A program made the position numbers and the translations under genes. The notes under the pieces were generated by a model. That model ran no database searches, was not told the origin of the DNA, and saw only the letters and a program-made list of their open reading frames with translations. Source: Octopus sinensis (Eukaryota). From it: a DNA stretch of 64,000 bases. Where the stretch lies: assembly GCF_006345805.1 (NCBI RefSeq), contig NC_043006.1, forward strand, positions 100,874,001-100,938,000, written 5' to 3'. This document shows, one piece after another, positions 51,237 through 64,000 of this stretch (its first letter is position 1; every line of letters starts with the position of its first letter).

Positions 51237-51613
51237 CACTTGCGTCAGAAATTAATTAGCACTTCTCAAATTTCTACATTAAATAGGTTAAATCAATTAA
51301 CCTATGAGCTGTTCAAAACGTCTTACGCGATGAGAAAACTTAGTATGGTGTGATTTCGGTCCTTGCGAGGCGCTACCTATATCTATTAAACAAAGGAAGA
51401 TTTGTCTGCATCCGCACTCCAAGTTGTTGCACTGCTATGTCAACATCATAAGGCTGTAGACTCTCAAACTGCTCTGCAAACAAAGTTACGTCATCGTTCT
51501 GCGCAACAGTGAACTCGCAACAAAGCAATAGTTCGAGATATGGCCACTAGGTGACAGCACATACCTTGAGTGAAGAGCAAATCAAGGGTGCTAATTAATT
51601 TCTGACGGTAGTG
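51237..51613. mobile_element. 377-bp Tc1/mariner-type MITE
   Basis: TIRs CACTTGCGTCAGAAATTAATTAGCAC and CACTACCGTCAGAAATTAATTAGCAC (24/26 identical), TA on both sides, no ORF. Confidence 0.85.
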
Positions 51614-52439
51614 TACATTCTTCTAATTTTCTAACACACACACACACACACATAATATGTACCAGTCAGAGATAAGATGGCAAAACACAGCAACGGGACG
51701 AAGATACCTTGTTGTAATTTAATCTGACTTTGCTGTTTCTTGTTACAGCCAGTTGATTGTGTCTTTCGTTATCCGCCGAAATAAATAAAGTAGATAGCAG
51801 GTAAAGTACTTTGGCTTTCATCGAGTAATAATCTATTAAAGCACTTGAAGACAGTGTCCCAGCGTAGCCACAGCTCAATAATTGGAACCAGTTAAAAATG
51901 AATGAAACAATATACATTTTCATTCTCATAACATATTATGTCTAGGGAAATACCACTGAAGGTCTGTACTCTCTGAAAAATATCTAGACTAAGTTTGCCA
52001 GTTGTGCTTCACTATCCTACCAATGACCACAGACGAAGCTGAATTAATTCCTGTAAGCTAATAGAATCACAGGATACGTTTTTGGTGAGGTTAGTGTATA
52101 TGATTACTCGAGCCACTGAAAATAAAAGCAAAATTCCTCTTAAAAAATCACACCCCAACTATTTTAAAAATGAAAGGATACATCTGATAGCGTAGTCCAA
52201 AAGATACAAAAACAGAGCACGTGGTCACACTCCTTTAGTCATAGGTCTGCTTGTTCTGAGTTGACATAATGCAAAGCAACAATGGTGTAGTTACTATTAT
52301 TGATGACCGTTGACAAAAACCCATTGGTCCTCTCCAATTGTATCTGCATATTGTTAAATGTACTGGGGTGACTAAGAGTTGAGAGTCTTTATACCGAATA
52401 CGAGGTAGCTAGAAAACATCGCTTGGAAGCCAGGGAACA

Positions 52440-52663
52440 TACCTATTTCTTTATTACCCACAAGGGGCTGAACACAGAGGGGACAAACAAGGACATACAT
52501 AGGTATTAAGTCGATTACTTCGACCCCAGTGCGTAACTGGTACTTAATTTTATCGACCCCGAAAGGATGAAAGGTAAAGTCGACCTCGGCGGAATTTGAA
52601 CTCACAACGTAACGCAGACGAAATACCGCTAAGCATTTCGCCCGGCGTGCTAACGTTTCTGCC
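52440..52663 (-). mobile_element. Family A SINE
   Basis: Reverse complement of 1033-1257. Confidence 0.9.
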
Positions 52664-53050
52664 AGGGAACATACCATTTCTTTTTATCGATTCCCTATAT
52701 CAAGAATAGCAGTTCTGTAGAACAGCAAATGTAAAGGTTTTCTCTCTCTCCAGAACTAAAATATAATACACAAGAAATACAGTAGTATAATGCAGCCAAC
52801 GTTGTTGACTGCATTATAGCTAAGGGCAAGGTCTCTCTAGAGTTGTCTCTCTTAGGTATTTCCCATTGATACGGCTAAAAAGCTAGAAACATCGAAGTCT
52901 AGGAATCCGATAGGTGCCAACTCTTGGCAGATATGGATTTTTTCTTAGCTTTTTACCATAAGAGAGAATTTTTCTTCTCAGTAACTGCTGCGATTTTGCT
53001 TTTTAGCAGTTGAAATATGTTACAAACATATTTTAACTAACCTAAAGTTT

Positions 53051-53124
<74 letters not shown>

Positions 53125-53244
53125 GCGTTTGTGTGTGTGCGTTTGTGTGTGTTTGCGTGTGTGTATGTGTGAATTAAGGCAATTATATCCACCAATGCTG
53201 TGTTGAGCACTCACTTTCATCGTTCGTCATTTGCGTATATATAT

Positions 53245-53502
53245 TATGTTGTCCGGAAAGTTCTGGGTTTTAATATTCAAAAAGGGATATAAATAAATGA
53301 CAAAAAAGGGTATAAATAATTGACTTTTCAATAAATTTTATTCAATGAAATAATATCCATTGTTATTAATGACCTTTGCCCATCTATCAGGCAATTTAAA
53401 TATTCTATCAGCATAAAATTTGACTGGTTATGAAGAAAAAATTTTATCTAGATGTATTTAGACTCCATCTAAATCGTTAAATGTTTTTCCTTGCAATGAG
53501 TC
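53245..53502 (-). pseudogene. mariner transposase C-terminal fragment
   Basis: SLQGKTFNDLDGV...FYADRIFKLPDRWAKVINNNGYYFIE* (~GI.KLP.RW.KV...NG.Y). Confidence 0.75.
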
Positions 53503-54509
53503 AATAGGTTGCAGCTATGCTGGGGCACCAATTTCATAAGTTTGTTCATCACTTGTTTAAAAGAAGACCACCACCACTCAAATAAATCAGTAGTTCTGAG
53601 AACACGAGTTGACTTCCGAAATTCAATAACTTTCTTTGGCTCGATTGATTTGTTATGGAGAAGTTAATATCTGCACTGGTTGCTATGGAGCAGTGGTTCA
53701 AACAATTCAAATATATGGTACTGAGGCTATAACATTGTTAATAGGTGATTCTGTAGACATTTCATTTATACTGGGCTATAGACATTGTGAAAGGTCGCAT
53801 GACGTTGATTCCCTAATATTTGCACGTTCACGTGTGCATCATCAACATAGAGACCTATTTTGTTATCTCAAACAAATCAGCGTAATACAAAGTTTACCAG
53901 GAAATAAAAGTCAAGCTGATAATGAGTTGCTATTGGGAAAGTATCGTTGGAAGGAAAACAAGGCCTTTTTATAGGGTGAACATTTTGGAATTTTCCTGAG
54001 AAAGGGATAGTGCATCATGGTGGATTACCCTCCATCAGGTATCAGAGAGGTTAATCAATTTGGGGGATAATTTTACTGCTTTCAAGATAATCCTATTGTG
54101 TCATTCAAATTTCCCAATGTGCTGTGGATGTAACATGTGGGGCATTTTTTTTTCTTTTGTGTGTCCCCTCATTTATTAAAATGATCTTTTAAATCTTTCG
54201 CAAGCGACGATGCACCACAATCAGAGATGATGTGTCCAGCAGTCTATTTAGATTTGATCTGAAGAATAGTTTCATATTAGTTTCAGAACTTTTATTTGAA
54301 CCAGCTTCTCGAGATAAGAAAAGATGTGGATTCATCAGTCGTTACAAAGAGATAATTGTGATAGAGTGGTCATACCAATAGTCTTTGTGATAGAGTGGTC
54401 ATACCAATGTGTGCATCAATGCATCTAGAAAGGCATTTTCGTTTCCAGTACAATAAAGGTTACAAAAATAACATACCATTCTTGTATCTTGCTCTTTATT
54501 TGTGGTATA

Positions 54510-55382
54510 CACGTTGGTATCAAAAGGTTCCAGGACTAGTTATGTTTAATAGAAAAAATAACTTATTTACCTAAGTTATAACATCGTCTCCTTCAAAATA
54601 GTCACCTTGCAAAAGTGGATTGCCACTTTTGCAATCCAGCCTAGATGTTTTCCGTAAATGTCACGAGGATCTTCTGCGATCCGCTTTGTATCTCGAAAAC
54701 GGTGTTAAAACGGCGATGTTTGAACTAAATTTTCATCTTGGGGAAGGGGTGGAAGTCCGCAGATTCTAGATCTAGTGAATAGTAGGACAGGTACGGAAGC
54801 GATACCATGTTGTTTTTCGCGAGAAACTCACGAGTGAGGAGAGCTCGGTGAAGAATCCAATTCTTCACTCTCCACAGATCCGGTCGCTGTCACCGAACGC
54901 CCTCCCTAAAAATACTTCAAAACATCAACAGTAGAATTATTAATTGACGGTCTGGCCCTGGGGGACGAATTCTCGATGCACAATACCACATTTCCGGAGG
55001 TAACGCTTCTGGCAGGTCTTTTAAATCACTCATCGTCTTCCAGGGACGTTCTCCCGCTTTTGAAGCGCCCGTGCCACTTAAAACATTACGTACGACCCAT
55101 TGCCTTATCGCTGTAATCTTGCCGAAGCATGCTCAATCTCTCTGTAGCAGACTTCCCAAGTTTAACACAAAATGTTGTACCTGTCCATGACGAAATCGCA
55201 GGCCACAGCATACACGTGATCACAAAAACACAAATTTCACAATTTGCAAAGTAAACACAGCGGTGACACTCAGTACAGTGACTCATAAAAGCCACTGATA
55301 GCTCTCACTGCGCACGCAACCGTGTGCTGCCATCTTTTGGCGCGCTACAGAACTAGTTGGGGAACTTTCTGATACCACCGCG
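54510..55382 (-). mobile_element. Internally deleted mariner element
   Basis: TIRs CACGTTGGTATCAAAAGGTTCCAGGACTAGTT and CGCGGTGGTATCAGAAAGTTCCCCAACTAGTT with flanking TA; FCVKLGKSATE.LSML (HTH) and YSLDLESADF (~YSPDLAP.DF). Confidence 0.9.
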
Positions 55383-58300
55383 TACTTACTCTTAACTAAC
55401 ATAAAAGCAAATGACTGTCTGTCAGTCATGAGAGTGAAACGGCATTGAGCAAACAAAAGTTATTACACTTCTAAATAGCTTCGATGAATGCGGTGACTTC
55501 TTTCTAATGATGAATAGTGTTTTGCTGGCAGAGTTCTTTACATGAATGCAACTTATTTATCTTCTTGGTTTAGCGTAGATGAAATTTCAGTATCACCTGC
55601 ATCACATTGAATAATGAAAAGTCATGTTTCATAAATAGCTTCTAAAGTGACATTCTGTAAATTTATTTTTCGTTTTCAAATTATCAAAATGCTTTTAAAC
55701 TTAGAGGATATAGCTGTGTCGATGCTGGAATTCTAGTTTTTGTTTCTAAGAATCTAAGTATCAGGTTTTCATAATATATAAACGTTCCTAGAGTTTTACG
55801 AATTGACATAAGATTTGACGGGGGCAGCGGCTGTTGCGAAATACGTCATATCTTATTAATCAAGCTGAATAAAACTGTTCTCTACACATAGCCTAGACTA
55901 TATTCAAAGTATTCGTTCTCCGTACAATAGTTACGTGTGTTGTTATTTGTTATCTGTGCAATAGTCAAGTATATTGGTATTAAATCTACAGTGGCCGAGT
56001 ATATCGGTAGTCATCGCTGAAATAACACATTTTGAATCATTCAAAATTGTCTGATTTTATAGGCGTTTATAAACTTTTGCTCAACCGAATCATATACAAC
56101 GTTGTCCATTTCACTAATTGTCACAGAATCAAAGTGGGAGAATGTTCTTTGATGTTTTCTTCTTCTACGATGTTATCAATAGTCTCCTAGAAAGAGGAAA
56201 CGCAATTTTTAGCACCAAAAAATTACGGCAAAATTGATAGAGCATTCCATCTCCCTCGAGTGCAGAAATCCTCTAATCTGACAGACAGAGGTATTTGATG
56301 ATGTGTACTCTAAGATCGAAGACAGGGGGAAATGTGTGTGCAGAAACCTTATTGATCATATCCATACCCTCGATCCACAGAGAGGGTATACATCCAACTC
56401 AGTGAACAGATTTATTGAATAAGAATAATCAATACAGGGCCGTTGCTTGTAAGTACATATTTTGTTACTACTACTTATGCATGCCAAGGTAACATTCTGA
56501 GTTCAACGATAACTACATGTAGTAAGTTATAAATTTTCTACCAATAAATTCTTTGTTACATTTAACAAACTGGTTGCCTACGTCACTATGAGCTTGAAAT
56601 TCCACGGTAAATTAGGATATGGAAAAGGAATAGGAGTTACAATAGATGATACTATAATTTCACAACAGTGTTAAGGATTTGTAATAAAAACATAATAATG
56701 CTACTTCTGAAGGTTTTGACCAAGGATAACATTGCAACATTGATTTTTACGAACGCTTATATTAGTGGGACAACGTTTGTCTTTCAGTTATATATCAGTT
56801 GCATGTAACGGCAATTTTAGCATTTAAATACGTTTGTGCCAAGCGGGTATCAAACCTACTCGTTTGCTGTGTAATAAAAATCTTGTTTACTGTATCTGAG
56901 ACAGTAACACAGTAGAAACTGGCAGTCATTAAGTGTAGAGAAGGTGTGACGCCTGATTATCATCTCCCTTTTCTAATTCTCATCTTTGGTAAAAGATAAA
57001 TCTTATGGTACAGTAATACTTAGTGCACAGAGTCTAGAATCAAAAATATCGACTCTAGTTTGCCTTCATCACAGCTTTTACTTTGATTTTAAGGCCCATA
57101 TACCTTGAGGTATAATATTTAAAAAATGGCTATTCTTCATACCGATTTTAGAATCAGCATTGCTATTAACAATATTTCCCATTGTGGAATATACTATCAA
57201 AAATGTATCTTCTTTTAGATCTGAAAGAGTGAGATGCAGCAACAGAAATCGTTGATGTTTTAAGAATTTTGACACCATGATGAGACATTTCACCTTACTG
57301 ACACTACATATATAATTCATAAATATTCTTCATTGGCCTGCTCATCTCGCCAGCGGGATGGCATCATTCGAAAGCTAAAACAATGTGAAGCGCATTCTGA
57401 GCGGCGATGTCTGGTCGATACAGTGATTCTGTGATGTTCTTCATACATACATTTCATTTCATATACTTCACTGTTCTTTTGAACTAGATTGACAACCTTG
57501 AATTAATTATGTGCCACACAGAGTAACTTTAGTATTTTCTTCTAAAAGATGTTGACGGATGAACAATGACAGAATATCGTTCATGAATGAATCACACGCC
57601 GCTGATGACCGCATTATTTCTCACGATATTTTGGCCTTTGTAACTGCTTGGAAATTATAATCCTATAGAAACTCACTGAAGGGTTCTTGTGGCTGCTGTC
57701 TTTTGTAGTCGTTGATAAATAATGAGCAAAGATTTCATTTAGAAATCTAACAGAAAGTTCGTTGAGAATGTTGTGAGTGTCTTATAATGTTTGACAACCA
57801 TCAATAAGCTCCTAAATTGTAGCAGAAATATAGTTTTAAGTGTGTGATGTTATTTGGTGCATTTGTTCCACATTCAGTGGTGAAATTATGGAAGCTGCGC
57901 TTCGAGTGCTTCCAATCTTTAGATTTGGTAAGAGAATTTGGATCAATTTCAATCCATTCCGAGCAAAGCAGTTTCTCCCTGATAAATATATTGAGTGAAA
58001 TAAATTGAAATGTAGAATAGCAATTGCATAGGTTTTATGTCGCTCAAAAGCTAAAATATAACAAAGAAGTAATATAAAAATATGATAACAACAACTAAAT
58101 ATGCTTCAGAAGAACGAATACATATTATAAGATGTATAACAATTGTAAATATTAAATGAACATACATTAATTATCTTATTCAATCACAGAAGTACAACCA
58201 GCTTTCATGAACGAAGATAGCGGTAGCATTTTAATACTAGAAGTTAATGGACTTTCAATTTCATTGATAATCCTTCATAAAACGTTTTATTGTTGTTGAT

Positions 58301-59196
58301 GGTGTTGTTGTTTAACCACGAGTCAGTCCAGATTGAGCAGTCTTCCCATCTATGGCCATTCTGTTCTCCTGTCGAGCATTCCATATCTAGGAAAATATTA
58401 TTAATTTTTTTAGTATAAATTTACAGAGATTTGGCAGCTATTTCTAGCAGATCGATATACCAAGTGGGGACTTTGTCCTTTTTATTCATAATATCTTTAC
58501 TACTCAGAAAACATAGCCCAAGCAGGATTTTCATCTACAGATATACTTCGCCTGGTTTAAAGTTGGGCCTACTGCTAAGGAAACATTCATTTGTTATAGG
58601 AAGGCTTCTTTGTTCATAAAGTAGTTTTTAATAGAATTAATGAGTTTTTGCGGACGACTGGTTGGCGGGAACGAAGTAAAGCAGATTAAATCACCCCAGT
58701 ACTTGACCGATCCAGAAGGATGGAAGATAAAACTGACCTTTGCAGAATTTGAACTCAGAACAGAAAAGGACTAATTACTGTGGTTGACAAATCTACTGTA
58801 CTTAATTGTTGCTGTTGTTTAACTGCAGATCAATCCTAATTTAGTTAACATAAGATCAAAGCATTCCCGGCAGTGGCCACCCCGTCTTTTTGTTATCAGG
58901 GACTACATTGTCCAATGTTCTTCCTTGGACACTCAACTCCTGATGGATTCGTAACGGCACCGTCATGAGATACGGGATCTTGGACATCCCTCTCCAGGTC
59001 TAAAGAGAGCCCATTTCCTTCAGAAAGAAAAAAAAGAATCTGTCCCAGTACCGGATTTAGACATCTTTTATTGATCCCCAACTAGATGAGCGACAAAGCT
59101 AATATCGATGGAGTTTGAACTCAGAGTAGAGATTCTAACCGCTGCATTAACGATTCTGTCAACTCTCTGTCAGGTGCCCAATATTTCAGAGCTTCG

Positions 59197-59500
59197 AGGT
59201 AGTGAACTGGCAGTATTGTTAGCACGCCAGGCAAAATACTAAAAGGCATTTCGTTCGTCTTTACGTTCTGAGTTCAAATTCCGCCAATGTCGTCTTTGCC
59301 TTTCACCCTTTCAATGTCGATAAAATAAGTACCAGTTAAGTCCTATCTCAGTCGCATGTGCAAATCAAACATTTGTGATCTGGATACCCGACCAGTTTGA
59401 ATTGTGGTCATCCAATTCTTTTCTAATCAAATGGCCTAACAAAACTCTTCCGCTTACTCAAAATTTCAGGCCTTGTGCCTATTGAAGAAAGGATTATTAT
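59197..59500 (+). mobile_element. Family A SINE fragments, interrupted
   Basis: Head and core at 59197-59340, tail AAATTTCAGGCCTTGTGCCT near 59460. Confidence 0.65.
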
Positions 59501-60599
59501 TAGGATGGGCATCCAGCCGTAGAAACCACGCCAAATCAGAATGGAACTTGGTACAGCTCTTCGGTTTACCAGTTCCAGTCAAACCGTCTAACCCATGCCA
59601 GCCCCAGATGTAATCGACTTCCCCGTCCCCGGAAACTACCGACCATAAGCCAGAATTTTAAACAATACTTCAAGACTTAATTTAAGTTTTTAACTGCGAA
59701 ATTAATTTTCATGTTTATTCCCTTAATAGGGTTAAATATAGAATTGCTATTTTCTGCAAGTCGCGTCGCTTCTACAAACTTGACATATCTCAACAAATTA
59801 TAGATTCGTATTTATAACTGATTTCTGCAGTTAAGGATGATAAAATTTTGAATGGCTATATTATATACTGATACAAAAAGGGTTCAGATGACAAGGTGTA
59901 ATTTAAAGGAAATTTGGCTGCTATTTCTAAAAGTCTTCCTCGTTGGCTTGTCCACACTCAGCAGTTACATAGTCGTTGTTAATGATCTCTGATAAATGCG
60001 AATGTTAAATACCTTGGCTGCAGGCGATACGAACCACTGACCCTTCAATTCAGGATGGCGACACATTGATGTCTCACAATAATGTATTATAGGAAAGGAA
60101 TATAAATGATGTCCAAAGCAATAACCAATGGCAACATGTTTGCAAATTGAGCATTGTGATGGTACTGAAGGAATAAATCAATAAGCAATTTCACTTTCAT
60201 AAGAAATTACTGTTTCGGATCGAACGCAATGTAATGAAGTTTACATACGCATGCGCATCCTTCCCCCACCACCACACACATACACACACACACATACATA
60301 CATACATGCATACATACATACATTCATTCATTCATACATACATACATACATACATACACACATACATACATACACACATACATACATACATACATACATA
60401 CATACATACATACATACATACATACATACATACATGCATACATACATATACAGACACACACACACACACGCGCTCCTATAATCATATATACAGAGCACGC
60501 TTATAGGGATTAGGAAAATGACCTAACTTAGAGCGACTGTTTCATGGTCTTAGTGGCCTTCACACTAATCTCTTATCTGAACGCTATGCAGATCAATTA

Positions 60600-60670
<71 letters not shown>

Positions 60671-61226
60671 TGCCCTGATGCAGTACCAGGCAGTGGCTCT
60701 CATGGCTTCTGATCTTAACTGATTGGAAGTGTTATCATGTACATTGTTTTGTCTTGGTATAAAAGATGGGCTACAGCAAATATTCTGCTCAATACCACAG
60801 ATTTGCTTGTCAGTTGTTTGACCTTAACCAGTTGAGCATGTCCCTTAGTGGCTGACGATATGTGCATCTCTGATCACGAGCAGAAGTAGTGGGGGAGCAT
60901 CATAGCCATGTGTTGAGAGGGATTCTTTGGGGTTTGAATAGTTCACCTCTGGAAACATGGGTGGTTCTTTCAACATCCTTAAGCAACCCTTATTCAGGGA
61001 CCGTTTGAGCGGGATGGGCTACTCAACCTGAAGAAAATTCTAACTGGGCCCCACCTGCAAGGTCATGTGCTGTTTATCTTGATATGAGATCACCATGTCG
61101 CGCACATATGGTTGTGATGCATGTGCCTGGTGTACCTTTATCAGACGGGTAGTCATGATGGGTATATTGGGCTTCGTATATTTTACCCCAGTGTCACTTT
61201 GATGGCATGAACTGCTCTCTCACTCA
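60671..61226 (+). mobile_element. 556-bp non-coding element (TG...CA) in (AAT)n, copy 2
   Basis: Matches 31699-32254; (AAT)n at 60601-60668 and 61227-61325, then (GAT/GAC)n. Confidence 0.9.
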
Positions 61227-61259
61227 ATATTAATAATAGTAATAATAATAATAATAATA

Positions 61260-61304
<45 letters not shown>

Positions 61305-61560
61305 TAATAATAATAATGATAATGATGATGATGATGATGACGACGACGACGACGACGACGATGATGATGATCTTTCTACTGACCACAAAAACCTATAGAC
61401 ACTATGCAAAACGTGTCGTACAAAAGGATTACAAAAACGACTGGAGATGTGCATACACATAATAAAACGGATAAAAATATGTAATACGTTATACATGGGA
61501 AGGGGCCAAAATGTTAATGAAAACTAAACTTGCAAAGGAAACTCACACAAGACATCCCCT

Positions 61561-61752
61561 AGATCTCCATTTGCAGCGACTTCGAGGGCCACCTCCCAGT
61601 GGTGTCGGGCGTCAACGAAGAGCCCTCGACTATAACAAGACGACCAAAGTCTTTTTTTTTTCGCAAGGTCTGGGCTCTCCCGCCCCTAAGCCCTAGACCA
61701 TTACCTAATAACCCTTACCCGTCTTGTTGCTTAACAACAACAACAACAAAAA
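61561..61752 (+). mobile_element. ~190-bp (AAC)n-tailed repeat, copy 2
   Basis: Matches 23118-23299. Confidence 0.75.
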
Positions 61753-62099
61753 ACATCACCTAGAGATCACCGGATGGGTAGTGTCTGGATATTAAACGGC
61801 TCTGATTATTTTCTGTTCCCACCTCTTTCTAAAAACTTAGTAAATGGGTCATCTGAATTTACCCGTGAGTATCTTTGGTCGTAAATATCTCCTCATTCCC
61901 TCAACACTGATCACTTAGCTGGAAATAGACCGTTCCTGTAGAGGTTTTTGGTACTCGACACTCTATCCTTTCAATGGGAATAATATTTGATATGGTGCTT
62001 TCTAGGGTCACTATGAAACCAATTATATTATGGATATTTTTTTAATTACGTGAGTTTCTGTTACTCCAGTGGGATGGACACCGTTTTGTGAAGAACGCC

Positions 62100-63000
62100 T
62101 AGCTTCTTAATTGCTTTTAATCAGAGTTCATTGTCTTTTGAAGGAAAGGGGGTACATTCTTTCTTTAATTACATTCACCGACAATTTCCTCTCTTTTACT
62201 CCGGGTTCCACCTCCTTTACGTTGCCGCACATTGACGTGGAGGGCCTACTGCTAATAGCTTCTGTACGACTCTGCACTGATGGTAGTGACACCGCGGCCC
62301 TCGTGTTCTAACTAGTCGATCTCAGGTATTGATGGGGCGCGTTTGTTTATCTCCATTCCGCTCTGGCTATACCCCAGGCACCTTCTCTTGTCTACCGCTC
62401 TCACTATTTTCACTTTTTCTCTTGTTCTGAGCGGAAGGCCCCTATGTGGTCTTTACTGAAACGCCTGTAACAACTGGGCCCCCTGTTCTACAACCACCCA
62501 TTTGAGTTATCTCTTCTCCGATCCCACAAAGGACTATGAGTCCCAGATGTTTCTGTTATCCCTAGGATTCATCGCTACAAGTGGGTCAGTGCATTTTGGT
62601 GGAAGCCACCCTCTGCACACATCACCTGTCCGAACTGTTTGTAAAAATAACGACAAACCTTTTCCCTTGTCTCTGTCTCGGATTCCCCTCTTTCTTTACT
62701 CAAAGTTGTATAACACTAACCTGTAGACAAGTACCTGGTCCATCAATTCTGCTGGTTTCCTCACCTAATTTTTGGTACTAAAACCAAGGACAGATCTCCG
62801 TATGACCTACCTACTTGGGTGAGCCCATTTCTTTCCAGGCCTCACCCAGAACTCCCTACTCTCCTTTGCAGTGGTTATGAATCACAGTCACCCCTTGTTA
62901 TTCACAACGCAGAATTATATCAATTTCATCTTTGCTGTTCTTTGGCTAATTTCTTCTAGAAAGTAAACATCACTTTCGTTCAGATACTCCGTCTATTTTG
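62100..63000 (-). pseudogene. Possible highly decayed LINE ORF1/gag-like remnant
   Basis: Less AT-rich; GPSCYRRFSKDHI resembles a decayed Zn knuckle; weak. Confidence 0.3.
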
Positions 63001-64000
63001 TTCTTTTCAAGAACCTGTTCCGTCGACGGACCAGCTATTAGCTACAACGGTCGCAAAAGTTAGTGCATTACTGCTTTCTACGGGATGGGGTCTCAATTAT
63101 TTTCTGTTTAAGTTAGTATTTTCAACACTATATTTTTTTGCGCTTTTGATGAGCTAGGAATTCAAATGTCTGTACTTACAAGTTTATTTGTTTCTGATGT
63201 TTTAAAGAGGCTTGGCTTAATTATTAGAGTGCTGGGCTCACAATCATTAAGTTATGGTTTCGATTCTTGACACGTCATGTCCTTCAGCAAACTATATCAT
63301 TTCACGTTGCTCCGATCTATTCGGCGACAAATAAGAATTGATCGACTATTGGTGCAGCCGTTTTTTACCTTTGACTGTTAAACTCTCGATGTTCCAGTGG
63401 GTCAAGGGATAGGAGGGCTATATATGTACCTAAAGCAAGGAAGGAAAGCGAGATACCAACTACAAGGTCATAGTCACATGTAAATGACGGCTAAGCTTCT
63501 GATTTTAACGTTTTTCCTGTTTTAAAAACTTGGGATAGCAAGCATTACAATATATTCTCGTTGTTGTCACCTTAATGATGCACACCTCTTCCAAATACCA
63601 TAAACGTGCTCATTTCGAAATTCGAATGAAGTTACAAATAACTGTCATGCAGAAATATACAAATTCAAAAAAAAAAAATGTCATAACAAACCATTTTCCA
63701 TTTCAGTGAAGGTTAAATATTGCGGATATCTTTCTTCCCTGTGATCCTCAGGGAAATTTGAACACAAATCATTTTCTATCAATTAAATGCAATTTTCTGA
63801 AACTTCTGCCAAGTGTGCTCTTTCAAATGCAGCCGCTGACAGAAAACAGCAACAGCAACATTAATGATTTATATCGTTCACTATCGACTGCAATGGCTCA
63901 CACATTCAATAAAGAACGTATCATATAAAGGCGGTTATAAAATGTGTGGAAAATGTACGTATATACGAAATAAACGGGGTAATGGGTTGGTAAAATTTTA

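Noticed and set aside
54357-54408. Tandem duplication of TGTGATAGAGTGGTCATACCAAT
   Set aside because: Only two adjacent copies; simple slippage duplication

Overview
AT-rich eukaryotic repeat-dominated DNA, intergenic or intronic. I found no host protein-coding exon. The dense (TA)n/(CA)n/(TACA)n/(AAT)n microsatellites and the tRNA-derived SINE families suggest an octopus-type cephalopod genome (inference). Nearly all listed ORFs are microsatellite or SINE artefacts. The real coding remnants are all transposons: a Hero/R2-like RLE fragment, a Naiad-like Penelope GIY-YIG, a Helitron, a Poseidon/Penelope GIY-YIG, a young 5'-truncated R4/Dong LINE in (TAA)n, a Tigger/pogo transposase, an RTE-BovB LINE and two mariners. 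The most interesting signals are: (1) a Penelope-like element whose terminal repeat carries a tRNA-like Pol III head fused to a hammerhead ribozyme, with a matching ORF-less copy at 23.5 kb; (2) several minimal hammerheads, two inside ~350-bp direct-repeat units (retrozyme-like); (3) a fixed-length 556-bp TG...CA element twice embedded in (AAT)n; (4) head/tail module swapping among SINEs. All alignments and translations were done by eye and boundaries of old elements are approximate.
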